From: Arenicellales bacterium | Lineage (GTDB): Bacteria > Pseudomonadota > Gammaproteobacteria > Arenicellales > Poriferihabitantaceae | NCBI GenBank assembly: GCA_965116335.1 | Contig: OZ220677.1 | Span: 1,315,933 to 1,379,932, forward strand | DNA length: 64,000 nt | Direction: 5' to 3' | In this document: positions 56,795 to 64,000 of the stretch, in pieces | How positions within the stretch are numbered: the first letter of the stretch is position 1 | Layout of the letters: the number at the start of each line of letters is the position of its first letter | The notes under the pieces: generated by a model | Databases searched by the model: none | Seen by the model: the letters and a program-made list of their open reading frames with translations, nothing else | What the model was told of the DNA's origin: nothing | Program-made: the position numbers and the translations under genes

Positions 56795-57088
56795 CTACTG
56801 CCTCGGCCATTGTTCTACTACGCCGGACAAATGTCCTACCTGTTGCGTAAGATGGGTGATTTGCTGGTTAATTTGCTGGTTGCCTTGATACACAAACGCC
56901 AGTATGACCAGTGTCAAAGCAACGTGTAATCCGAACATCCAGCGCAATCCGGCAATGTCGGACTTTGTTGCTAACTGTTCGCCTTGATGCGCTACTGCCT
57001 CGGCTACCGCTTCGGCCTGGCTTGATTCAAACCCGGCTGCTTGCAGTTTTCGTGCTGTCGCCAGTGTGTCGATGGTATACGCTGCCAT
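56795..57088 (-). CDS. DUF1640-like tail-anchored coiled-coil protein, paralog D8 (head N1, tail C1)
   Basis: Head as in D5 and D1, tail as in D2. Confidence 0.75.
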   Translation of the reverse strand: MAAYTIDTLATARKLQAAGFESSQAEAVAEAVAHQGEQLATKSDIAGLRWMFGLHVALTLVILAFVYQGNQQINQQITHLTQQVGHLSGVVEQWPRQ

Positions 57089-57125
57089 GTCTGTTTCTCC
57101 GCTTGTTATTTCCTTATGTATCCTC

Positions 57126-57469
57126 TATGGATGGATTGTGCCTGAATCCATCCATCCGGTCAATGATCCGTATGGTTGTGGACTCCCGTTTGCGGATTGG
57201 ATTCCCCCTCAAGGGGGGAATGATTTGGATACATGGATCGAAATGATGTTGTAGGGGAGGGTCTCTGTGCCCTCCCGCGAATGATCGAACAGGAATCAAC
57301 GGTAGCGGACAGGCACAGAGGCCTGTCCCTACGATGACAGTAGGTACACCATCCGTATGGTTGTGGATTCCCGCTTGCGCGGGAAAGACGGTTGGGGCGG
57401 GGGGATTACGGTTGTGTCCCCCCATCCAATCCGTTTGCGGATTGGATTCCCCCTCAAGGGGGGAATGAT
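57126..57469. repeat. REP cluster: N1 leader hairpin 57126-57154, A/E hybrid + D about 57177-57225, C (reverse) 57250-57276, B variant 57295-57332, A 57362-57390, DE 57415-57469
   Basis: Direct reading. The B variant has stem GGACAGGC/GCCTGTCC. Confidence 0.7.
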
Positions 57470-57492
57470 TTGATGATGGTTGTGGATTGCGG

Positions 57493-59616
57493 TTATTTGC
57501 TCGCTTCGTAAACGCCTGCGGCTACGCCGCCGATGACGACTTCATTATTGTCATCAACGCCATCGTAGAACTCGGCCTCGAAGCCGCCGTAAAAACCGGT
57601 GGGGCGTTGCCCGGAGTCACCATACGAGTCCGCGCTCCATCGGCCATCACCATCGCCATTGGTGATGGTGATTGTACTGTCTATGGTCTCATCGCTGAGT
57701 CCCGCCGCCTGTAGCTCGAGACTCCAGCCGGTATCTACATGGCCGCTGCCTCCGACGGACCGGAAGTTGTCAATCGTGCCCTCCAGCATCGGGTCAGCGT
57801 CGAAAGTCGCCCGTAGTTCCACATCCGCCGCGAAGTGGCCGGATGCGAATACCTCATCGTCTCCGGCGCCGGTCTTGCGCGCTGAGAGGCCGACGGCCTT
57901 GCCGGTATAGGTGGCGCTGCCATCCAGAGTGGTACTGGCACCGAATTCCAGAGTGTTCGCTGGTGAGCGTGGCCCGACCCAGTTGATTCGACGGTGGAGT
58001 CCCAGGTTGTTGTCGTCTCCGTCCAGCCACATACCGTAATCAATGTATCCGACTGCCTCCCAGATGTCATCTTCATCGGAGTCCTGATAGCCGGCCACTG
58101 TCGTGTCATATCCAACACTACTCTGCTTGCTACTCACAACAGGCGTGAAGTACCAGCCTGAGCCGAGGCGTCCAGTGCTACCATGTGTACAGCCGCCGGC
58201 GCGGTCACAGTAGAGCGAGCCGACAATGCCGTTCCATCGAACAATTTGGGGGACAGCATCACGGGCTACAGATGCAGTCAGCGTATCACCCGGAGTGTAC
58301 GGGACAAATTCAGTCGTTTTCTTGAACTCCACAAGCATCGCAGGATGATTTTCCGGCAGGCCCGTTGAGGTATGTGTAGCAGTATCTACCGTGCTATCTG
58401 ATTGAAGAAAATTTTTCATGGCCCGGAAGTCATTATCCTCGCTGTATATGTCGACAAAAGTCATCCGTGTTCCTGTCGGTTGGTCGGCGCGGGCGAAGAC
58501 GTGATAGTCCGGGTTATCAAGATCGGCAACATCGGAGGTGAAAATGTCGGAGTCGGGATTGTCAGGCAAACCCTCAAGCAAGTCGAACACCAACTCCGCT
58601 TTTTCAGTTTCGGTGGCGGCCTCATCATCGCCTACTGCCCGTTTCCACTCTGCGAGGTCTATCTGGAACTGGTCCCGGATGCGTTCAATCTCATCAACAT
58701 GACCTGCGGCCGTATCCGCTTCCGTGCGCTTGGCAGTGGCTGCTGTGTCCGCATTGTCGGCATCGGTTTGAAGTTGAGTGGCTTTTGTTTCTTTGTTATC
58801 CGCTTCCGTGCGCTTGGCAGTGGCTTCTGCCTTCGCGGTTTCCAGATCACTCTTTAGTTGTATGTACGCGTCACCCATCCTGATGGCATCCGCCTGCGCC
58901 CGCTGGACCTCGATCTGCGGGTCAGTCGGGTCAAGGCCTTTCAAGCGTTCCGCTTCTGCTTCATAGCCGGCGATAAGATCGTTCTGAATATTGAGATCGT
59001 CCTGAAGTCTGTCACGCTTCCCTTCGGCATCAGAAGCAGCAGTCTTGAGACCGGGCACAGGCATCATGGCTTCATCCGCATCGTCCTGGAGATCATCCGC
59101 TACCTCCTTGAGATCGTCGGCTTCGTCTGCTAAAGCACTCTGTGCCTTCTCGGCTTCCGTAAAAGCTTTCTTGATTTTCTCAACTTCGGTCTCAATCGTG
59201 GCTATGTCTTCGTAGGCGCCTGTCGCAATGCCTGCGGATACACCCATGGCAGGGCTTATGGTATTGGACGGGAAATCGTGGATGGGAGAACCCTCAATCG
59301 TAGCTAATATCGCTGTCTGTGCGGTTTTCGTATCCATCTCGGCATCTGCCGCCTTATGAATGTCGGGGCGTGTATCTTTGGGAGGAGGAGGAGGAGGAGG
59401 ATTGCGGCTACTACTACCAGAACCGCCGCTACCGGCCATGTTTTCCTCTCCGTTGTCGGTATCCTCGCCTGTGCCGTCGTCTTCTGTATTTCCGGTGTCG
59501 GGGTCTTCAACGGGGGGGGGTACGGGTGTGCTTACAGCCGCGCTTCCCCCGCCTCCGCAGGCGGTCAGTAACAGGCTCAGGCTCGCTGCAATAAAAATGG
59601 ATGCTATCGGGTTCAT
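57493..59616 (-). CDS. Large lipoprotein with coiled-coil region and C-terminal TbpB/fHbp-like beta-barrel domain, paralog L2
   Basis: MNPIASIFIAASLSLLLTAC followed by GGGG (lipobox), a poly-Pro/Gly/Asp linker, an Ala/Glu/Asp-rich helical region, and C-terminus GSATYTGKAVG..GHFAADVELRATF..LEGTIDNF..GFYGGFEAEFY. The track start 59643 is TTG, so ATG 59616 with an AGGAAA RBS is preferred. Confidence 0.7.
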   Translation of the reverse strand: MNPIASIFIAASLSLLLTACGGGGSAAVSTPVPPPVEDPDTGNTEDDGTGEDTDNGEENMAGSGGSGSSSRNPPPPPPPKDTRPDIHKAADAEMDTKTAQTAILATIEGSPIHDFPSNTISPAMGVSAGIATGAYEDIATIETEVEKIKKAFTEAEKAQSALADEADDLKEVADDLQDDADEAMMPVPGLKTAASDAEGKRDRLQDDLNIQNDLIAGYEAEAERLKGLDPTDPQIEVQRAQADAIRMGDAYIQLKSDLETAKAEATAKRTEADNKETKATQLQTDADNADTAATAKRTEADTAAGHVDEIERIRDQFQIDLAEWKRAVGDDEAATETEKAELVFDLLEGLPDNPDSDIFTSDVADLDNPDYHVFARADQPTGTRMTFVDIYSEDNDFRAMKNFLQSDSTVDTATHTSTGLPENHPAMLVEFKKTTEFVPYTPGDTLTASVARDAVPQIVRWNGIVGSLYCDRAGGCTHGSTGRLGSGWYFTPVVSSKQSSVGYDTTVAGYQDSDEDDIWEAVGYIDYGMWLDGDDNNLGLHRRINWVGPRSPANTLEFGASTTLDGSATYTGKAVGLSARKTGAGDDEVFASGHFAADVELRATFDADPMLEGTIDNFRSVGGSGHVDTGWSLELQAAGLSDETIDSTITITNGDGDGRWSADSYGDSGQRPTGFYGGFEAEFYDGVDDNNEVVIGGVAAGVYEASK

Positions 59617-59710
59617 TTTGTTTGTTTCCTGGTAGATCAGCAATGGTCAGCAATTCTGCCCAACCTGAAAACTACTGTCAACCGTCGGGACAGGAATTAC
59701 CGGTACAGGA

Positions 59711-59935
59711 ATCCAACGGTAGCGGGAGGGTACAAGACCCTCCCTTACGATTACGTTACGCACAGCATCTGAATGGTTGTGGATTCCCGTTTGCACGGGA
59801 AAGACGGATTGGAGCGTGGGTGGCGATTGTGTCCCCCCATCCAATCCGTTTGCGGATTGGATTCCCCCTCAAGGGGGGAATGATATGAGGGCGGATTGGG
59901 GCGTGGGGTGGCGATTGCGGGAGGGTACAAGACCC
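59711..59935. repeat. REP cluster: B/C hybrid 59711-59749, A 59779-59807, DE 59831-59884, partial C 59918-59935; right border of the island
   Basis: Direct reading. Confidence 0.7.
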
Positions 59936-59942
59936 ACCACTG

Positions 59943-60968
59943 TCAACCGCCGATATACGACATTTCCACCTTTTGGGAGTGACTGTGCGCCGGGGCGATG
60001 GATGTCGATCGACTCCTTCGCATCGAATACTGGTCATCCCGGTTCAACCAGATCGCCTCGATTCGCTGCCGGATTACGGCGTCTGAATCATGCGCCTTGA
60101 GCAAGCCTTTCAAATCAGTGCCACGGGTCGCGAACAGACAGGTGAACAATTCTCCAATGGCGGAAAGCCGGGCGCGGACACAGTGATTGCAAAAGGGCTG
60201 GGTGATGGAAGAAATAACGCCAATCTCACCCGAACCATCGGCAAACCGCCATCGCTTGGCAACTTCCGACCGGGAATCCAGGTCTATCGGTTCGATCGGA
60301 TAGCGGGACTGAACCAGATCAATGATTTCCCCAGCGCCAAAAACAAGGTCACGTCGCCATTGATTATAATTCCCCACGTCCATGAATTCGATAAATCGTA
60401 AAATCACGCCGGTGCCCTTAAAATACTCGACCATCGGCAATATGTCGGGGACGTTGATCTCCTTCTGTACCACCATATTTACCTTGACCGCATCAAAACC
60501 GGCGGTAACCGCATTGTCCACTCCCTGCAACACGTCTTCCATCGGGAAGGAAACCTGATTGATGCGCTGGTAGATTTCCGGCGTCAGCGCGTCCAGGCTG
60601 ATGTTGATCCGTTTTACTCCGGCCTCCCTGAGCGCCCGCGCCCGCGCGCCGCTCAACAGAGAAGCATTGGTGGTAATCGCAATATCCCTGATTCCATCCA
60701 CCTTGTGAATCTTTTCAATCAGCGTCTCCAGGTCCTTTCTCAACAACGGCTCGCCGCCGGTCAGCCGGATCTTCTCGACACCCAGACTGGCAAATATCCG
60801 CACCAGCCTTTCGATTTCCCCATAGCTTAACAGGGTGCTGGATTTCAAAAACGGGTAGCCCTTGCCGAACACGTCTTTCGGCATGCAGTAACCACAACGA
60901 AAATTGCATCGGTCGGTAACCGATATGCGTAAATCATGCAACGACCGCCGGAGTTTGTCTTTGGGCAC
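59943..60968 (-). CDS. moaA: GTP 3',8-cyclase (molybdenum/tungsten cofactor biosynthesis protein A), radical SAM
   Basis: LRISVTDRCNFRCGYCMP (CxxxCxxC cluster), GVEKIRLTGGEPLL, and a C-terminal CNHCVRARLSA cluster motif. GTG start. Confidence 0.9.
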   Translation of the reverse strand: MPKDKLRRSLHDLRISVTDRCNFRCGYCMPKDVFGKGYPFLKSSTLLSYGEIERLVRIFASLGVEKIRLTGGEPLLRKDLETLIEKIHKVDGIRDIAITTNASLLSGARARALREAGVKRINISLDALTPEIYQRINQVSFPMEDVLQGVDNAVTAGFDAVKVNMVVQKEINVPDILPMVEYFKGTGVILRFIEFMDVGNYNQWRRDLVFGAGEIIDLVQSRYPIEPIDLDSRSEVAKRWRFADGSGEIGVISSITQPFCNHCVRARLSAIGELFTCLFATRGTDLKGLLKAHDSDAVIRQRIEAIWLNRDDQYSMRRSRSTSIAPAHSHSQKVEMSYIGG

Positions 60969-60973
60969 GGCGG

Positions 60974-61222
60974 CTAACCTCCCTGAATCGCGGGCCAGAC
61001 CGTCAACACGTCGCCCTCTTCCAGCTCCACATCCCGTGCCTCGACCGAGAGAAATACACCATTTCGCATCACCGTTCGTATCTCTGCATCCGGCACATTG
61101 AAGCGTTTGAGCACCTGATTCGGCGTAATCGCATCCGGTTCGTCCAATACAATGGCGTTTCCCTCAATGCTTTTCGGCAGATACTCCATCAGGCTGGAGA
61201 AAAGTTTGACTGTGATTTTCAT
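60974..61222 (-). CDS. MoaD/ThiS-family ubiquitin-like sulfur-carrier protein
   Basis: 82 aa with a beta-grasp-like pattern, ending DVLTVWPAIQGG (C-terminal Gly-Gly). Confidence 0.8.
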   Translation of the reverse strand: MKITVKLFSSLMEYLPKSIEGNAIVLDEPDAITPNQVLKRFNVPDAEIRTVMRNGVFLSVEARDVELEEGDVLTVWPAIQGG

Positions 61223-61246
61223 GTCATCCTGCCTGAGACCCGCCCT

Positions 61247-61579
61247 CTATCCGCCACCGCGATGAAGATATTTCTTGAATTTGTCGAGGAATTCATGACG
61301 CTCGGTCTGTGAGAAGTGTTCAAACCGGATTCTAACATCGACAACCGGCAATTCCAGCGAAGCAATACGGCGGATTTTCTCCTCGCCGATGGTCAGATGC
61401 GCCGTTCTGGTATCCAGTGTGATGGTAAATCCGCGCTCTCCCCGGCTTGCAGCCTGAGCCTTTGAGACCCGGTAGGGGGCAACCGCAGAAGCCAGACTCC
61501 TGGTAAGTTCGAGATGGCTGAATCCCATCTGTGCATAGTAATCGGGTGCGGTATAATCAGCCGCGGCAGGCTCGCTCAT
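61247..61579 (-). CDS. Hypothetical 110-aa protein ending in GGG, sandwiched between two MoaD-like genes
   Basis: ATG 61579 forms an ATGA overlap with the upstream MoaD-like stop. C-terminus ...KKYLHRGGG. No recognisable motif. Confidence 0.5.
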   Translation of the reverse strand: MSEPAAADYTAPDYYAQMGFSHLELTRSLASAVAPYRVSKAQAASRGERGFTITLDTRTAHLTIGEEKIRRIASLELPVVDVRIRFEHFSQTERHEFLDKFKKYLHRGGG

Positions 61580-61824
61580 CCTCCGGCAACCGGAGGCCAT
61601 ATCGCAACCGTGTCATTGGCTTGTAACGGAGTATCCCGCTCCGCCGCAGTCAGATACACTCCGTTCAACAATACCAGATGCACCTCGTGACGGGGTACAA
61701 AGTGCTGATCAATCAACTGGTTCGGAGTCGTGTCGGCGTCCACTTCCAGAACCACCACATTTTTTATCGCATTCGCTGGCAAATAGCCCGACAAGGTTGC
61801 GAACAGCTTGAAGTGAACCTGCAT
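61576..61824 (-). CDS. MoaD/ThiS-family ubiquitin-like sulfur-carrier protein (second copy)
   Basis: 82 aa ending DTVAIWPPVAGG. Colinear with 60974..61222. Confidence 0.8.
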   Translation of the reverse strand: MQVHFKLFATLSGYLPANAIKNVVVLEVDADTTPNQLIDQHFVPRHEVHLVLLNGVYLTAAERDTPLQANDTVAIWPPVAGG

Positions 61825-61890
61825 CTGTCATTGCCTCCAACCCGGATTGCCGAGGGAAAACCCGTGCCCGTACCTGTAACCGGCCCAGCC

Positions 61891-63135
61891 TTACCCCTGA
61901 GTCACAGCCAGATAAGCCTCCATGATCATCAACGGGTTATCCATCAGCCGGTCTTTCCATTTGCCCAGAGCAAACCGGCCCTGTACCAGTCCTCGAATGA
62001 CTCCGATATGCTGAGTCAGGCCCAGCGTATTGGCTCCGATCAGGCGATCTCCTTCAAACTGAAGCTGGATATAGCGGAAATTCCTCTCATCGACCAGTCT
62101 CGCCGTGTCACCGCCCGCGACTCCCTGCCATTGACCATAGGAAGCGGATATCAGGCCGATGGTGTCCAGCACGTTCATCAATACACTGCCGCGATGATGG
62201 ATGGAGCCCTGTTCGACCATGTTGGCGGCAGCCGTATAACCATGCTCGACCGCGGTCGGCTGAATCGCCTGCACACTGTATTCGCCGGTAGAAAAATCCC
62301 GTCCGCAAGCTACATCGCCCGCTGCGTAAATGTCCTCAATGGAGGAACGCATACAGTCATCTATGACAATCGCCCCATTGGACATTTGGATGTCGGAATC
62401 TGCCAGAAAACCGGCATTGCCCTGTACGCCGGTAGCGGAAATCACCAACTCCGCCTCGACTGACCCGTGACCACTGACCTGGACCCTGACCTTGTCGCCA
62501 GAAGACTCGATGGCTTCCACCTGACAGCCAGTCATCACGTTGACCCCTTTTTCGGCACACCATCTCTCCAGCAATGTACCGCAGGTCTGGTCCAGCATTC
62601 TGGGCACCATCCGGTCTCCCATCTCGACCACTGTCAGCTTCGCGCCGGAGGAAACCAGCGCCTCCAGAATGATACAGCCGATGAAACCGGCACCGATCAA
62701 TACAACGGATGCGCCTGGACGGATTGTGCCGGATATTTTCCTGGCATCCGCCAGCGTCCAGCAACTGGTCACTCTGGCATGGTCAATACCCGGAATCGGC
62801 GGGGTGATCGGTCGTGACCCGGTCGCGACCAGCAGCCGGTCATAATCCCGATGCCCCCCGCTGGCGAGCGCAACCGTTCTGGCTACAGAGTCTACCGACT
62901 CGACCGTATCCACCACGACCTCAATTCCCTGACTGGGGAAATGGTCTTCCTGCCTTCTCAGATACGTGCCGGACTCGTCAATATTTTCTCTTAACAGATA
63001 GGGAATCGCCATTCTGGAATAGGGCGGCTCCGGCTCGTCTCCAATGAGGGTGATACGGGCGGACGGATCCCGTTTGTGCAGGGTCTCAGCCGCCACCACG
63101 CCTGCGGGGCCGGCGCCAATGATGACATGATTCAT
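61891..63135 (-). CDS. FAD-dependent pyridine nucleotide-disulfide oxidoreductase (AorC-like electron-transfer subunit candidate)
   Basis: MNHVIIGAGPAGVVAAE (FAD GxGxxG), VVLIGAGFIGCIILE (NAD fold), YAAGDVA. ATGA overlap with the AOR gene's stop. Confidence 0.8.
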   Translation of the reverse strand: MNHVIIGAGPAGVVAAETLHKRDPSARITLIGDEPEPPYSRMAIPYLLRENIDESGTYLRRQEDHFPSQGIEVVVDTVESVDSVARTVALASGGHRDYDRLLVATGSRPITPPIPGIDHARVTSCWTLADARKISGTIRPGASVVLIGAGFIGCIILEALVSSGAKLTVVEMGDRMVPRMLDQTCGTLLERWCAEKGVNVMTGCQVEAIESSGDKVRVQVSGHGSVEAELVISATGVQGNAGFLADSDIQMSNGAIVIDDCMRSSIEDIYAAGDVACGRDFSTGEYSVQAIQPTAVEHGYTAAANMVEQGSIHHRGSVLMNVLDTIGLISASYGQWQGVAGGDTARLVDERNFRYIQLQFEGDRLIGANTLGLTQHIGVIRGLVQGRFALGKWKDRLMDNPLMIMEAYLAVTQG

Positions 63136-64000
63136 GCGGGCAGCGCGAACTTCTCACGCACTTCGTCGGTCAACTCACCCTCTTTGTTCCAACCGCGCAG
63201 GGAATAATATTCCGGCAACATTTCATCCAGACCACATACTCTGCCCTCCGCCGGCCCGGTTTTGGCCGCTTCCTTGAGCAGTCTGGGTGGCAATGTGTCA
63301 TCCTTGCCTGTCAATCCGGCCCTGATATTGTAGTCCCGCTCCAGATTCCAGATACGTTCACCGGCTTCCAGCAACCGTTCCACAGACCAGTCACCCTGGC
63401 AGGCCGCGTCAATCTGCGGCGCCATGTTATCCAGTGACCAGGCGAAGGTAGTGAAGACACACAATCCCATCGATCGACCGCCGCGGTCGCATCCTGGAAC
63501 GCCTTGACCAATCCAGCCTTGCCTTCAGTCACCAGTGGATCGGTTTTCTCCGGGATGCCCAGCACTTCAGAGGCTACGGTATAGCTGCGTAAATGGCAGG
63601 CGCCGCGATTGGAAGTCGCATAAGTCAGCCCCATGCCCTGAATGCCACGCGGGTCGTAGGCTGGAAATTCCTGCCCCTTGACCGTCATCGACAACTCCGG
63701 GTGACCGTACTTTTCGCACAGTCTCTTTGATCCCATGCCGAGCTCCTTGCCGAAACCCTGGCCGGTTGCGACCTGATCCACGCACCAGGTCAGTGCCCGT
63801 GCCGAGCCGAAATTGAGCTCCATGCCTCCGGTATGTTCAGTGGTAATGACCCCCATATCGAACAGTTCCATGGCGGCAGCCACCGTAGCGCCGAAAGAGA
63901 TCGGGTCCACGCCGTCCTCGTTACAGATGAAATTGGCGTAGGTCAGCGCGTCCAGGTCACCAACGCCGGTGTCAGCGCCGAGCGCCCAGGCCGCCTCATA
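63132..64000 (-). pseudogene. Tungsten-type aldehyde:ferredoxin oxidoreductase (AOR family), 5' end outside the window, interrupted by a 1-nt frameshift near 63471-63476
   Basis: Frame A (down to ~63480) reads YEAAWALGADTGVGDLDALTYANFICNEDGVDPISFGATVAAAMEL...TYATSNRGACHLRSY...KAFQDATAAVD. Frame B continues as (S)MGLCVFTTFAW...LPEYYSLRGWNKEGELT. Both parts are typical AOR sequence. The join is GTCGAT-CG-ATGGGA. Confidence 0.6.

Noticed and set aside
46376-57088. Regularly spaced repeats that could be mistaken for a CRISPR array
   Set aside because: The repeat units are 0.3-1.4 kb protein-coding paralogs with RBS and start codons. The short hairpins (27-55 nt) are irregularly spaced, occur in both orientations and lack unique spacers of constant length. 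No cas genes are present.
44262-59942. Classical mobile element (integrative island, prophage, transposon) as the explanation for the island
   Set aside because: No integrase, transposase, recombinase, conjugation or phage structural gene is visible on either strand. No terminal inverted repeats or tRNA-derived direct repeats were seen. Only REP clusters and a truncated hicA mark the borders.

Overview
This is a 64-kb chromosomal window, moderately GC-rich and most likely from a gammaproteobacterium (taxon not provable from sequence alone).

**1-44 kb: mostly transport and metabolic operons.**
- The left edge has small secreted proteins and toxin-antitoxin debris: an orphan higA next to a vestigial higB.
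- A glycine-betaine ABC transporter, then tRNA-Pro(CGG) and a ParE/RelE-RHH toxin-antitoxin pair.
- A YghU-type GST.
- An 8-gene minus-strand operon: methyltransferase, LivKHMGF-type ABC importer, polytopic membrane protein, PLP decarboxylase.
- pncA.
- A TRAP transporter followed by HisD-like, SDR and Zn-ADH genes, in the same order as hpsKLMNOP (dihydroxypropanesulfonate catabolism).
- A cold-shock protein, a class-V aminotransferase, cysG, a TrpD-like gene and a Sel1 gene.
- A ~1540-aa autotransporter adhesin preceded by a perfect (CCGGATTA)x8 repeat.
- A polyol (mannitol/sorbitol) ABC transporter, dehydrogenase, fructokinase and ROK regulator operon, then a YfcG-like GST.

**44.3-59.9 kb: a repeat-saturated accessory island, all on the minus strand.**
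- One AAA-ATPase_like/PDDEXK_9 protein.
- A hicB gene with a truncated hicA.
- Four tandem coiled-coil PD-(D/E)XK paralogs.
- Eight DUF1640-like tail-anchored coiled-coil paralogs with shuffled modules.
- Two TbpB-like lipoproteins.
- Mosaic REP-type hairpins fill every intergenic gap.

**59.9-64 kb:** moaA, two MoaD-like genes, an FAD oxidoreductase and a frameshifted tungsten-type aldehyde:ferredoxin oxidoreductase.

I saw no rRNA, CRISPR array, transposase, integrase or phage genes. Family names come from motif recognition and memory, so they need HMM confirmation.
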